Counted from the stretch's first letter, positions 9,090-19,747 are shown. The stretch: DNA of 64,000 nucleotides from Candidatus Aegiribacteria sp. (GCA_021108435.1 JAIOQY010000209.1:3864-67863); one strand, 5' to 3'. Notes: generated by a model from the sequence alone, not told the origin. Translations and numbers: made by a program.

Positions 9090-10577
9090 TCAGTGTTTGA
9101 AATGCCTTGTTCCGGTGAACACCATGGTCATACCGTGCTCGTTCACCGAATCAATGACTTCCTGATCGCGAATTGAACCGCCTGGCTGCACTATTGCGCT
9201 TATTCCGGCTTCTCCTGCTCGATCAATAGCATCTCTGAAGGGAAATAGACCATCAGAAGCCAGCGCTGCTCCATCCAGAGAATGCCCCTCACGTTCAGCT
9301 CTTCGAATGGCAAGATCAAGGCTTTCTATCCTGCTCATCTGTCCGGCACCGACACCAAGAGTTCCCACGCTGTCACCTATGACTATCGCATTGCTCTTAA
9401 CTGATCTGCATATTATCCAAAGAATGTCCATTGCCTGCAGTTCCTCTACTGAGGGTTTTCTCTCAGAAACAACGTTCACATTCTCCAGACCGTTGACAGA
9501 ATCAGCGTTCTGGATGAGCAGACCGCCCCAGATGCTTCTGATCTGTTTTCCCTCGTCGCGTCCCTCAGGCATTCTCAGTATTCGAAGTTTCTTCCTTTTC
9601 TGAAGTCTCTCAAGCGCATCATCATCAAATGATGGAGCAAGAACAATCTCCAGGAAAATACCTTTAAGTTTCGCAACCAGTTCCATGTTAATATTACTGT
9701 TAACCGCAAGTATTCCACCGTAAGGTGAGATCGTATCAGCCCTGAATGCATGAGTGAAGGCTTCGAGAGGAGTCTGTCCGGTTCCTGCGCCGCAGGGATT
9801 TCCATGCTTCATCAATACCGCGGAATGTGTATTTCCCGGCATTTCAGAGGCGAGATCCCATGCGGCTGTCGCATCAAGATAATTGTTATAACTTAGAGCT
9901 TTTCCTCCGAGTATCTCAGCTCTGCCGAATCCTTCTCGCGGCCATGTAAAATGTACTGATGCAGACTGATGCGGATTCTCACCATAACGCAGAACAGGCA
10001 CAATGCCGCGTTCAAGGCTTACAGCTATCTCAAGATCGTATCGGGACGTAATGTCGAACGTCCGGGCGGCCATGACTCTTCTGAAATCATCATCATCCCG
10101 ACCGTTTGAAACGGCTTCAAGAACATCCTGAAACACGTCTGCTCCTGCTGCTGCGATGACATGACGCCAGTTCTTGGCGGCAGCACGAATCATTGTCGGG
10201 CCGCCGATATCTATGAGTTCCACAAGTTCAGGATCAGCGGGTTCCATTCCATCGGTCATACTGAAAGGGTAGAAGTCAACCGCGACAAGATCGAACAGAG
10301 GCTTTCCTTCCTTTTCTCTGAGGAGACGGTCATTCCCGGCTGCCAGTATCGAAGCATGAAGTTCGGGATGAAGAGTTTTGACTCTGCCGCCCAGAAGCGA
10401 ATCAATTCCTGTAATTTCTTCTGTGGGCGTAACTTCTATCCCTGATTTTCTGAGCGCATCCGCGGAACCTCCGGAGGCGTATATCCTCCAACCCAGTGTG
10501 GAGAGTCCTGAAGCAAATTTCTCCAGGCCTTTTTTGTTCCAGACACTTATCAGCGCGGTTTTTTTTCTGTCAGCCAT
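9090..10577 (-). CDS. purH: bifunctional AICAR transformylase / IMP cyclohydrolase
   Basis: MADRKKTALISVWNKKGL...GGTMIRAAAKN...; MGS-like and AICARFT domains, full length. Start chosen at the internal Met that matches PurH N-termini. Confidence 0.9.
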   Translation of the reverse strand: MADRKKTALISVWNKKGLEKFASGLSTLGWRIYASGGSADALRKSGIEVTPTEEITGIDSLLGGRVKTLHPELHASILAAGNDRLLREKEGKPLFDLVAVDFYPFSMTDGMEPADPELVELIDIGGPTMIRAAAKNWRHVIAAAGADVFQDVLEAVSNGRDDDDFRRVMAARTFDITSRYDLEIAVSLERGIVPVLRYGENPHQSASVHFTWPREGFGRAEILGGKALSYNNYLDATAAWDLASEMPGNTHSAVLMKHGNPCGAGTGQTPLEAFTHAFRADTISPYGGILAVNSNINMELVAKLKGIFLEIVLAPSFDDDALERLQKRKKLRILRMPEGRDEGKQIRSIWGGLLIQNADSVNGLENVNVVSERKPSVEELQAMDILWIICRSVKSNAIVIGDSVGTLGVGAGQMSRIESLDLAIRRAEREGHSLDGAALASDGLFPFRDAIDRAGEAGISAIVQPGGSIRDQEVIDSVNEHGMTMVFTGTRHFKH

Positions 10578-11319
10578 TACACTCCATCCATTTTCTTGCT
10601 TCAAAGAATGATATCGGATTCCTCTTGTGCTCACTTAAACCCACCAGATGTTGTATTTTTTCTGCTGCGGCTTCAGATACACCGGTCCCTTCAAAGTATG
10701 CCTGAATGTCGGAGTAAGATACTCCCATTTCATCTTCATCGCTCTGACCCGGCCATAATCCGGCAGATGGGACCCGGCTGATAATCCATCCTGGAAGTTC
10801 CAGCGATTCGGCTAGCTTCCTTATTTCCTCTTTATATAATCTTCCTAAGGGTAGAAGGTCGGCTGCTCCGTCCCCCCACTTGGTCCAGTATCCTACCTTT
10901 ATCTCAGAATAATTACTTGTTCCAAGGACGAGTCGATCAGTGGAATTAGCGTAAAGCATCGCCATTCTCAGACGGGATTTGATGTTAGCCGCATTCATGA
11001 CCGAAGTTTCCTCGAGTTCTCCAGCTTTTATAAAGGAATCCAGAACCGGAGAAAGGTCCAGCAGACGGTATTCAACCTTAAGATGATCAGCTATTCGAAT
11101 GCCGTCATCCGTGTCTTCCTGTGAGCTTCCGCATGGCATTATCAACCCGAGTACGTTCTCCGGCCCAAGAGCAAAAGAAGCTAAAGCAGCGGCTACCGCT
11201 GAATCAATTCCTCCACTTAGGCCTACCACCACTCCGCTTGCTGAAGCGCTGAAAACAGTCCTGCAGATCCATTCCTGAATCGCTTCGGATAATCCTGTGA
11301 AATCAGTGATTACTTTCAT
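10570..11319 (-). CDS. nadE: NH3-dependent NAD+ synthetase
   Basis: SGGIDSAV PP-loop ATP-pyrophosphatase motif. About 250 aa, typical NadE size. Overlaps rnr by 4 nt and purH by 8 nt. Confidence 0.85.
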   Translation of the reverse strand: MKVITDFTGLSEAIQEWICRTVFSASASGVVVGLSGGIDSAVAAALASFALGPENVLGLIMPCGSSQEDTDDGIRIADHLKVEYRLLDLSPVLDSFIKAGELEETSVMNAANIKSRLRMAMLYANSTDRLVLGTSNYSEIKVGYWTKWGDGAADLLPLGRLYKEEIRKLAESLELPGWIISRVPSAGLWPGQSDEDEMGVSYSDIQAYFEGTGVSEAAAEKIQHLVGLSEHKRNPISFFEARKWMECNG

Positions 11320-13394
11320 TTTTCTCCACTTTGCACAGGTCTGAGTGTCAGTTTCCGCTCAAGAGGTTCAACAGATATCACTTCCACTTTCACATTCGAA
11401 CCTTCCCGAAAAGGTCCACTCAAATCATTGAATGGGAAACCAGCCCTTTTGATCTCACTCACAGGGGCAAGTCCCTCGGCGGGAACACCCGCAAGTCTTA
11501 CGAATATACCGAACCGTTTTACGCCGGTAACCACGCCGTCAAACACATTACCCGTTTTCCGGGAAAGGTAAAGAAGCCCCATAAGTTCATCAGCTTCCCG
11601 TTCAGCTCTCTCAGCATTCAGCTCACAACTACTTGCTCCTGACGCAAGTTCAGCGATATCTCCGTCGACAACTGGGATAATTCCACCCTCCTGCATTGCA
11701 AGGACCTGATGCACAAGAAGATCAGGATAACGTCGTATGGGACTTGTGAAATGCATATAGCTTCGGAGAGCAAGCCCGAAATGCCCTGTGTTCGACGGTG
11801 AATAAACAGCCTTCTGAAGAGATCGAAGGATATACTCAACAGCCAAGTCTCGAAGAGGCGAATCCTGAAGACCGTCAAGGATCCGCCGAAGGACTGCCGT
11901 GTTGTGAATCCTCCCGCCGGGAAGTTTCACTCCCAGCAAATTAAGCTGTTCGGCAAGGCGCTCCTCGGACTTTTCAACTGGATCATCATGTACTCTGAAC
12001 AGCACGGAAAGATTCGACCACATGCAATGATCAGCTACCGCTCTGTTCGCTTCAATCATGAAATTCTCGATCAGCCTGTGAGCAGAATCGGATGCAATAT
12101 GCCTGAAACCTGAAGGCCACCCGTCACTTCCAAATTCGACTCTGTACTCGCTGCTTCCAAGATCCAGAGTTCCTCTTGCATCCCTCACTCTGTCAAGATC
12201 ATCTGAAAGCCCCCCCAGAATCCCGAAGAGATCTTTCAGATCAGGGTCGGAACCTTTGCCATTCAAGTACTCAAACGCTTCTTCATATGTCATTCGTCTG
12301 TCAGATCTTATAACAGACGGTACTATGCTGAAATCCACGCGCTCGCCTGATTCATCAAATTTCATTATAACCGTTCTCGTCGGTCTGTCTTCGAGCGGTC
12401 TCAGACTGCATGCGCCATTTGAGAGACTTTCAGGCAGCATGGGAATTACCCTGTCCGGAAGATATACACTGGTTCCCCTTAATCTGGCTTCAGTATCAAG
12501 CGAACTGTTCCCGGTAACGTACAGAGCAACATCAGCGATATGAACGTGAAGTTCCCGAAGTCCATCCACGAAGCGGATAGAAATAGCGTCATCGAAATCG
12601 CGTGCATCTACAGGATCAATCGTAATTGTATACAGGTCCCGGAAATCAATCCTTCCATCGATAGACCATGGTTCGGATGCCAGTTCAGCAGCCTCATCAA
12701 GTACATTCTCTGAGAATTCCTCCGGCAAAGCATGATCAAGCACAACAGAATCAATCAGCGCTGAGGGGGAATTCGAACTCCCTATATCAGCTGCTGCAAA
12801 CGCCCTGAGTTTCCTTCCTGAGTAATCCAGAAGGACGAATGCTATCCTTCCTTCGGATATGTCTGATCCAGATCCTGTTTTCAAAGGTATCCTTCTTGGA
12901 AGTGATGGATCAACCGGATCAATAATCCAGCCTCTGCCGGCTTTCCTGACAACACCACTCAGACCTTTTCTGGAACGTTTAAGAACGGATTCTACTTTTC
13001 CGCTGCTTACATTTCCATGAGTACGATGTTCAAATCTGCGAACCATGACCGTATCGCCATTCAACGCACCGGAGATGTTTCTGGAATCAATCTCAATCCT
13101 TTCGTCTCCAACCGAAAGAATTCCGTTCCCGCTCGGACGTATCCTTATGACCCCTCGAAAGACGCCGAGATCCTCCGGAAGCGCATATCTCTTACCCTCC
13201 ATGCGGTAGAGTAATCCACTTTTAACAAGGTTTTCCACCGCTCCGGACAAATCCGGATGCTTCCCATCAAGTCTGGAAGCTATCTGTCCGAATGTCAGCC
13301 GTAACGCCGGCTCGTTCTGAAACAGCGCAAGAACTTCGTCTGAAGCTGATGAATTGCGGTCTGTATTGAGATCTTCTGAATCCTGTGTATTCAT
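11316..13394 (-). CDS. rnr: ribonuclease R (RNB-family 3'-5' exoribonuclease with C-terminal S1 domain)
   Basis: RNB motifs ...HFGLALRSYMHFTSPIRRYPDLLVHQ... and a C-terminal S1-like domain. Start taken at MNTQDSED (ATG 13394), which lies 1 nt after the stop of the upstream kinase gene. Confidence 0.9.
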   Translation of the reverse strand: MNTQDSEDLNTDRNSSASDEVLALFQNEPALRLTFGQIASRLDGKHPDLSGAVENLVKSGLLYRMEGKRYALPEDLGVFRGVIRIRPSGNGILSVGDERIEIDSRNISGALNGDTVMVRRFEHRTHGNVSSGKVESVLKRSRKGLSGVVRKAGRGWIIDPVDPSLPRRIPLKTGSGSDISEGRIAFVLLDYSGRKLRAFAAADIGSSNSPSALIDSVVLDHALPEEFSENVLDEAAELASEPWSIDGRIDFRDLYTITIDPVDARDFDDAISIRFVDGLRELHVHIADVALYVTGNSSLDTEARLRGTSVYLPDRVIPMLPESLSNGACSLRPLEDRPTRTVIMKFDESGERVDFSIVPSVIRSDRRMTYEEAFEYLNGKGSDPDLKDLFGILGGLSDDLDRVRDARGTLDLGSSEYRVEFGSDGWPSGFRHIASDSAHRLIENFMIEANRAVADHCMWSNLSVLFRVHDDPVEKSEERLAEQLNLLGVKLPGGRIHNTAVLRRILDGLQDSPLRDLAVEYILRSLQKAVYSPSNTGHFGLALRSYMHFTSPIRRYPDLLVHQVLAMQEGGIIPVVDGDIAELASGASSCELNAERAEREADELMGLLYLSRKTGNVFDGVVTGVKRFGIFVRLAGVPAEGLAPVSEIKRAGFPFNDLSGPFREGSNVKVEVISVEPLERKLTLRPVQSGEK

Positions 13395-13395
13395 G

Positions 13396-14430
13396 TCAAA
13401 GAACCTGGTTCTCATTATTAAGAGGAACGGCAATATAGATATTTCCCTGAGCAACACTCCATTCATCAAGCCTGAAGAAAATACCGGAATGAGATGCCAG
13501 GACAGCAGCTGTCGCAGCAAGATCAGCCGTCGAAAGCAGTTTCCACTCTGAGAGATTATCCCTTGATGACCTGTTCCATTTTATTGTGAAATTAACGGTA
13601 TCCCTCATTCGTGATACTTCCATATGTACCGCGCCGCATCCGTTCACAGAGATTGTAGCCGCAGCGGACAGGATTCCTATAAGTGAATTCAGTATCCATT
13701 TCCTTACCGGAAGTCTGTCAGGGATATCACCGCTTTTCGTGCAGGTAAACTCAACAGATGTTCCACTGGACATATGCCCCATTTCGAGCACAGTTTTCTC
13801 ATTCCCGGAAATCCACATATCATCCGGATTTCCATAGAAGGATGAATGAGTGGATAGTTTTTCAAGAAAATTTCTCAGATCTTCAGCGCCTTCAAGAGCA
13901 ATTGCAAGTTTTTCTTTAACTTTGACTACGTTTGCAGAGTGGAATTCCGCCAGTTCTATGTTCCCCATTATCCTGGCAAGCATATTGTTCATATTATGGA
14001 TGAAGAACGGAAGAAGGGCACCAGTTCTTTCCCACGTAAAGAAATTTGAAAACATTGAACTCGCAAAAGATACACATATCATGCTGCTCATCTGTGAGAG
14101 CAGTTTGCAGGTAAAATCACTTTCTCTCAGTACAATTTCAGGCTCGATCGAAGATCCGGTCAGAGCGAATGGAGCAATGACTGCTGAGAGAGACTCTCTG
14201 AGAACAGCTGAATCGGAAAAGCTGGAGTACAGTGAATTCAGTTCGGAATTATCGAAAGGACAGATAATGATAAATGTTGAGTTATTCTGATCACGCAGCT
14301 CCCCCGGATTTTCAATAATCCTGAATGGAACAGAAAACGATTCCCCGATACTATTCGCAATTCTCCCGGCCTCACTGCCGATCAGTGTTACAGTTCCTGT
14401 TTTCTTTTCACATGGCATGTTCTTCATCAT
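13396..14430 (-). CDS. cytoplasmic sensor histidine kinase (HisKA + HATPase_c, no TM segments)
   Basis: H-box HNMNNMLARIMGNIELA. ATPase region ...ILNSLIGILSAA...VNGCGA.... No hydrophobic helices. Confidence 0.55.
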   Translation of the reverse strand: MMKNMPCEKKTGTVTLIGSEAGRIANSIGESFSVPFRIIENPGELRDQNNSTFIIICPFDNSELNSLYSSFSDSAVLRESLSAVIAPFALTGSSIEPEIVLRESDFTCKLLSQMSSMICVSFASSMFSNFFTWERTGALLPFFIHNMNNMLARIMGNIELAEFHSANVVKVKEKLAIALEGAEDLRNFLEKLSTHSSFYGNPDDMWISGNEKTVLEMGHMSSGTSVEFTCTKSGDIPDRLPVRKWILNSLIGILSAAATISVNGCGAVHMEVSRMRDTVNFTIKWNRSSRDNLSEWKLLSTADLAATAAVLASHSGIFFRLDEWSVAQGNIYIAVPLNNENQVL

Positions 14431-14438
14431 TTTCCTTT

Positions 14439-15056
14439 CTATCGACGCGATGACCTGACAAGAGGTACGAATCTGACAGGGAGTGATTCCTCCATGGAGA
14501 GATCACTTCCACTCCTGGTTATCGAAAGCAGTCGCTGAGACCATGAACCGGCCGGCAGAACCAGCCTGCCCCCCGATGTACTCAGCTGCTGCTCGAGTTC
14601 TTCAGGAACCTTCGGAGGAGAGGCAGAAACAATGATTCCATCGTAAGGCGCTGCAGGTAGCCAGCCATTATACCCATCAGCGGCGATAAACCTTATTCCT
14701 GAATCAGGATACAGTTCAAGAACTGTTTTTCTGGCTCGCACAGCGAGTTCCGGTATCAACTCCAAAGTTACAACATCCATCCCCATGCAGGCAAGGATTG
14801 CGGTCTGATATCCTGATCCTGTTCCTATCTCCAGTATTCTGCTGCCTGGCGGACACCGCAGCATCTCAAGCATGAAAGCTACAATAAAAGGTTGAGATAC
14901 AGTCTGTCCGAACCCGATGGGTAGTGGATAATTTCCATATGCGACAGAGGTTTCTGTTCCTGGCAATACGAATTTTTCCCGCGGTACTTTCCTGAAAGCG
15001 TCAAGTATTTCCGGACTGGAAACACCGGCGTTCGCGATGTCATGACTGACCATCTT
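14439..15056 (-). CDS. pcm: protein-L-isoaspartate O-methyltransferase
   Basis: ...VPREKFV...LPIGFGQTVSQPFIVAFMLE...LEIGTGSGYQTAILA.... The ORF track extends to 15137, overlapping rarA by 49 nt. I chose an internal Met consistent with the Pcm N-terminus, so the start is uncertain. Confidence 0.8.
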   Translation of the reverse strand, partial: KMVSHDIANAGVSSPEILDAFRKVPREKFVLPGTETSVAYGNYPLPIGFGQTVSQPFIVAFMLEMLRCPPGSRILEIGTGSGYQTAILACMGMDVVTLELIPELAVRARKTVLELYPDSGIRFIAADGYNGWLPAAPYDGIIVSASPPKVPEELEQQLSTSGGRLVLPAGSWSQRLLSITRSGSDLSMEESLPVRFVPLVRSSRR

Positions 15057-15088
15057 CATGCGGAGAAGAGATGAGGGATAATCGGTCT

Positions 15089-16414
15089 TCAAGATTTCCC
15101 CCCATCCACTCTTGCCTTGTTCCTGATTTTTCTCCATTCAGCCATTTTTAACGAGATCGCTGATTCTCTTCCGGATTCCGACGGTTTGTAGAACTCGATT
15201 TCCTCAATTTCATCAGGGAAATTGCGATGTGTAACCACTCCATTCGACTGGGAATGGGCATACTGATAACCCCTGCCGTAATCCAGCTGCTTCATCAACT
15301 CAGTGGGAGCATTCCGCAGATGAAGAGGAACGGGAAGGCTTCCACCACTCTGTGCAGCAGATACAGCTTTTTTCCAGGCTGAGTAGACGGAATTCGATTT
15401 CGGTGCAAGCGCAAGATAGCATGCCGCCTCAGCAAGCGCCAGATCTCCCTCCGGAGATCCAAGAAATCTATATGAATCCGCTGCTCTCATAGCTACAGTA
15501 AGAGCAGAGGGATCAGCCATACCAACGTCTTCAGTAGCAAAACGGATCATCCTCCTGGCAATGTAAAGGGGATTCTCACCGGAAGATATCATCCTTGCCA
15601 GCCAGTACAGAGAAGCATCTACGTCACTCGATCGAAGTGATTTATGCAGAGCGCTGATAAGATTGTAATGCTCTTCACCGGATTTGTCATAGCAGAGAGG
15701 GGAAGAAGAAACAGCTTCACTCACCTGCTCAATGGTTATCTGTTTTCCGGAAGCCATACCAGTAAGGAGTTCCAGCAGATTTAACGCACGTCTGCCGTCA
15801 CCATCCGCAATCTCCGCTATCCGCTCAAGCGCGCCATCCTGAATACCTGAGGGAATCATGTCCCGGAAGCAATCGTGTGAAACGGCTCTATTCAGTATCG
15901 ACAGTATTTCGGATTCTTGAAGTCTTTTAAGAACATATACCGAACACCTGCTGAGGAGAGGCGCGTTGATCTCGAAAGACGGATTCTCAGTGGTCGCGCC
16001 GGCCAGCGTAATTGTACCGTTTTCAATATGTGGAAGAAACGCATCCTGCTGCGCCTTATTGAACCTGTGTATTTCATCAACGAACAGAATTGTCCCGGTT
16101 CCGTTAACCTGCAGTCTTCGAGCATCCTCGACAATGGCCCTCACCAGTTTCACTCCCCCTGTGACCGCGCTGAATCGAACGAAATGCTGATCGGTGTATT
16201 TCGAAATCAGAAGAGCAAGAGTTGTCTTCCCTGAACCGGGAGGGCCCCACAGAATGAAGGAACCAAGCACTCCCTCTGTAAGAGCTTTCCTGAATGGAGC
16301 ACCATCATTCAGGAGATGCACCTGTCCGACGACCTCCTCAAGTGTTGATGGTCTGAGAAGATCTGCCAGTGGTGGCTTCAGATCATTACTGATTACATTG
16401 TCAAGAAGGTCCAT
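15089..16414 (-). CDS. rarA: replication-associated recombination protein A (AAA+ ATPase)
   Basis: ...RPSTLEEVVGQVHLL...GPPGSGKTTLALLIS..., MgsA/RarA architecture. 441 aa. Confidence 0.85.
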   Translation of the reverse strand: MDLLDNVISNDLKPPLADLLRPSTLEEVVGQVHLLNDGAPFRKALTEGVLGSFILWGPPGSGKTTLALLISKYTDQHFVRFSAVTGGVKLVRAIVEDARRLQVNGTGTILFVDEIHRFNKAQQDAFLPHIENGTITLAGATTENPSFEINAPLLSRCSVYVLKRLQESEILSILNRAVSHDCFRDMIPSGIQDGALERIAEIADGDGRRALNLLELLTGMASGKQITIEQVSEAVSSSPLCYDKSGEEHYNLISALHKSLRSSDVDASLYWLARMISSGENPLYIARRMIRFATEDVGMADPSALTVAMRAADSYRFLGSPEGDLALAEAACYLALAPKSNSVYSAWKKAVSAAQSGGSLPVPLHLRNAPTELMKQLDYGRGYQYAHSQSNGVVTHRNFPDEIEEIEFYKPSESGRESAISLKMAEWRKIRNKARVDGGKS

Positions 16415-16852
16415 TTCAGGCAGAAAATACCTTATTCGAAGGTGGAAGGAAAGGGAAAGGGTTTATCCGGATTCACCACCACCGAGCAGTAATATCTAAT
16501 GCGTCAGATGCTTGTTGACTCCATGAAAAGGCTCAAATCAGCTATCTGAAGGAATATTCAAGCAGAAATCAATTATCAACTCTCTTTAAGCAACGTCACA
16601 ACAGTACAGGTACTTCAGGATATCCGATGCTGTCAGTTACAGGAATATCAATAAACCTTATGAAATTATCGGAATTATGTAAAACTGAATCGAATGATAC
16701 CTGTGTATCAATCGTGAAGGCGACAAGGGAGCTGTCAGCTATTGTTGTATGAATAGGAACAGGATTTGAAACAAGCAGGAAGAATAGATGGTTTAGAGCC
16801 AAGGCACGCCATTGCATGTCGTTTTTATTAGTGGGTGGCACGCTCGATGTGA

Positions 16853-16878
16853 GAAACCCGGCACGAATGCCGGGTTTC
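16853..16878 (-). terminator. 11-bp perfect stem hairpin (GAAACCCGGCA-cgaa-TGCCGGGTTTC) immediately downstream of the lipoprotein gene stop; likely intrinsic terminator
   Basis: Seen directly in the sequence. GC-rich stem whose 3' side ends in UUUCUC on the minus-strand transcript. Confidence 0.45.
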
Positions 16879-16918
16879 ATCAGATAACAGAACAGAATCT
16901 CTAGTTGATGCCTCTGCC

Positions 16919-17929
16919 CTAAAGAGTCTCTGCACCCATCTGCTGCGTCATTCCCTGAAGGAACATCATTGCAGGAATGGTCTGCGCGGGTGCTCCGGGA
17001 AGAAGATTCTCAGCACCCTCGAATCCGAATCCTTTGACCTGAACAGAATGAGATTCACCATCTTCGAATCCTGTTACGCTGGCATAGGCAAGCGGAACAA
17101 GAGGAAGCTCGGAAGAAATAACTGCTACAAGTTCACCCTCAGGATGAATAATGGAGAATTCCAGACCCTTAACAGTCTGTCCTGCGATTTCGACTTCCGT
17201 CTCAACCGCTCCGAATTCGATGTTATCTAGTTCGTTAAGGAATTCGTTAAGACCTTCCTGTCCGCCTTCTTCGGAGAAGCCTTCAGTAAATCCCTGCTGG
17301 AACTGATCCTTGAAAGCCGGATCATCCATCATTCCTTCGAGGAACTCCGGTACACCTGCCATATCAATGGCCATTATCATTCCCTGCTGATCGAATTTGA
17401 TCATCCTGATGGCTCTCAGGAAGTCAAGAGCTTTTTCCATGTTCTCATCGTTGCCGAACATGTCAGCCATTCCCTCTGCGTCAGCCATATTCTCACGGAT
17501 ATACGCTGCGGGATCAAACATGAAATCCTCGAACATCTCTTCGTAACCTTCAAAAGCGATATTGATACCAACTGGATCCACAAGGATCTGAGCAACGAAA
17601 TCCTCACCGCTCAGCTGTACCCAGTAGCACTCGGTTCCCTGATTTTCTTCCGTTGATACAACTGAAATTGTGACAGTCTGCGGAATGTCGTCCGCCCCGA
17701 ACTCTATCCACTGTCCTACAGCAAGCTCCGGTGTATTAAGGTCAAGTATTGCGGAACCTTCTGATCTTCCGCCATTACCGCCTTCACTGTCACCAGCTTC
17801 TCCACCGCCGGTAACCTCTCCCGTATCTGTTCCCTCTGTATCGCCTTCACCAGTAGTTCCCGGCTGTTCTCCACATCCGGATAAAGTCATACCGATGATC
17901 ATTAAAAGCACAAGCAGTAACTTCGTCAT
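16919..17929 (-). CDS. lipoprotein (lipobox LSGC) with Gly/Glu/Thr-rich linker, unknown function
   Basis: MTKLLLVLLMIIGMTLSGCGEQPGTTGEGDTEG...; signal peptidase II lipobox. Confidence 0.5.
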   Translation of the reverse strand: MTKLLLVLLMIIGMTLSGCGEQPGTTGEGDTEGTDTGEVTGGGEAGDSEGGNGGRSEGSAILDLNTPELAVGQWIEFGADDIPQTVTISVVSTEENQGTECYWVQLSGEDFVAQILVDPVGINIAFEGYEEMFEDFMFDPAAYIRENMADAEGMADMFGNDENMEKALDFLRAIRMIKFDQQGMIMAIDMAGVPEFLEGMMDDPAFKDQFQQGFTEGFSEEGGQEGLNEFLNELDNIEFGAVETEVEIAGQTVKGLEFSIIHPEGELVAVISSELPLVPLAYASVTGFEDGESHSVQVKGFGFEGAENLLPGAPAQTIPAMMFLQGMTQQMGAETL

Positions 17930-18021
17930 ATCAACCCTTTCATGTTAATACAGACTTCTTTTCAATAAGAACCAGTATCCCGGAATTATGCGAAAATAAA
18001 CTCAATCAGTCAAATATATGG

Positions 18022-18561
18022 CTATTCAGAACTGATATGAATGAGTGCTACAAAAGGAATTTCAGCTTCTCCGAGCTTTTTCCCGCCTCCCAGAAACCCA
18101 AGATCAATCACGAAGGCAGCGCCGGCAACAGTATTTCCATCTCTTCTGATTAAAGTAGCAGCAGCAATCGCCGAACCACCTGTAGCCAGCAGATCATCAA
18201 CTAAAAGAACCCTGCTTCCAGCAGGAAGTGAATCCCTGTGCATTTCAAGTATGTTGGAACCGTACTCAAGCGAATATTCCTCGCTGATCGATTCGCTCGG
18301 AAGTTTCCCGGGTTTCCTTATAAGAACAAGCGGAAGATTTTTTTCTGCTGCCAGAACTGAACCGAATATGAACCCTCTGGATTCAATGGCGGCAATTGCG
18401 TCATATTCAAATTCTCCGCAGGCCTTTTCGAGATGCTTAACGGTTTCGCCAAGGGCTCCTGGATGCGTAAGTATTGTGGTAATATCCTTGAAATTCACTC
18501 CCGGAATCGGGAAATCAGGCACATTCCGTATAAGTCCGCTAATTTCAGTTATGCTCAGCAT
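18022..18561 (-). CDS. apt: adenine phosphoribosyltransferase
   Basis: PRPP-binding motif VLLVDDLLATGGSAIAA. 179 aa. Confidence 0.9.
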   Translation of the reverse strand: MLSITEISGLIRNVPDFPIPGVNFKDITTILTHPGALGETVKHLEKACGEFEYDAIAAIESRGFIFGSVLAAEKNLPLVLIRKPGKLPSESISEEYSLEYGSNILEMHRDSLPAGSRVLLVDDLLATGGSAIAAATLIRRDGNTVAGAAFVIDLGFLGGGKKLGEAEIPFVALIHISSE

Positions 18562-19018
18562 CTATCCCCCTAAAGTTTTCTCTGACAAATGCCAGTGCTT
18601 CCTGTGGTGAATTAACAGGAGTTACTCCATCAATTACATTCCATTTTCCCGCTGCGCAGACAGGCCTTCCGGCCTGAAGGGCAAAAGCAATTTCAGAAAG
18701 TGTTCCGTACATTCCTCCGACAGCGATAACAACGCGACCGGAAAGTGAAATTATTCTGTTTCTCGAAGTACCCATACCCGTTACAAGAACCGTTTCAACA
18801 TACGCATTCGCTTCCGAGGGATTAACACCTGGAAGAATTCCAATTGTATGACCGCCTGCCTCACTGGCACCCCGGCAGACAGCTTCCATTATACCTGTTC
18901 CCCCGCCGCAGACAATGGTATAACCCTCTTCAGCAAGATTGTGCCCAAGTTCTCCGGCAAATGAATATTCTTCATGATTCGCGACCGCTCCGCCAATAAC
19001 GGCAACCATCTTGACCAT
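18545..19018 (-). CDS. TIGR00725/LOG-like Rossmann-fold nucleotide-binding protein
   Basis: MVKMVAVIGGA...YTIVCGGGTGIMEAVCRGA...VIAVGGMYGTLSEIAFAL pattern of the LOG/SLOG family. Confidence 0.6.
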   Translation of the reverse strand: MVKMVAVIGGAVANHEEYSFAGELGHNLAEEGYTIVCGGGTGIMEAVCRGASEAGGHTIGILPGVNPSEANAYVETVLVTGMGTSRNRIISLSGRVVIAVGGMYGTLSEIAFALQAGRPVCAAGKWNVIDGVTPVNSPQEALAFVRENFRGIDAEHN

Positions 19019-19057
19019 ACAAACCTTCCAGATAATTGAATACGGTGATAGAGAGGA

Positions 19058-19136
<79 letters not shown>

Positions 19137-19196
19137 ACAACAATACAGCCACGCAAATTTACTACTAACTCCATCTTGATGCAATATCAGTACTCG

Positions 19197-19712
19197 TTAA
19201 CCGGAACCTACCAGAAACCCGATTCCTGCAAGTGTACCGGTCATGATCAGGGTAACTATTGCACCTGCAATTGCAACACCAAGAGCTATAGATGGAATTG
19301 CCACCCGTGCTGGAATACCAAACAGAAATGCCGCGATACAACCTGTCCAGGCTCCGGTCACCGGAAGTGGTATTGCCACGAAAAGAGTTAATCCCAGAGC
19401 TTCATATTTCTCTATTTTAGTTCCGGCTCTATTCCTTGCCTTCTCGAAAAGTCTGCTAAAGAACCTTTCAAAGAACTTCCATCTGCTCAGATACCTGCTT
19501 ACCGGACCCAGAAACCAGAGTATGAATGGCACTGGCAGCATGTTTCCCGCCACAGCAAGAACGTAGATCTTCCACCACGGCCAGATCCAATTAGCATTAA
19601 GAAAAGCTATTGGAATACTGCCCCGCAATTCAGTGAGAGGAAACGCAGAAAGCACCATCATCTGTATTTCAGCAGGGATGCCGCTCAACCACCCCAGAAC
19701 CACATCACCCAT
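19197..19712 (-). CDS. small multidrug-export-like polytopic membrane protein (COG2426/PF06695-like)
   Basis: 171 aa, four hydrophobic helices, IPLPVTGAWTG motif. Flanked on both sides by tRNA-Pro genes on the same strand. Confidence 0.5.
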   Translation of the reverse strand: MGDVVLGWLSGIPAEIQMMVLSAFPLTELRGSIPIAFLNANWIWPWWKIYVLAVAGNMLPVPFILWFLGPVSRYLSRWKFFERFFSRLFEKARNRAGTKIEKYEALGLTLFVAIPLPVTGAWTGCIAAFLFGIPARVAIPSIALGVAIAGAIVTLIMTGTLAGIGFLVGSG

Positions 19713-19747
19713 GCTGTTCCTCTCAGTAAATAATCATGATATGAAAA

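Noticed and set aside
16770-16830. SRP (4.5S) RNA, suggested by a 10-nt match AGCCAAGGCA to the E. coli domain IV flank
   Set aside because: The conserved GGAA-tetraloop / AGCAGC core of domain IV is absent. A 10-mer match is expected by chance at roughly 0.1 per window.
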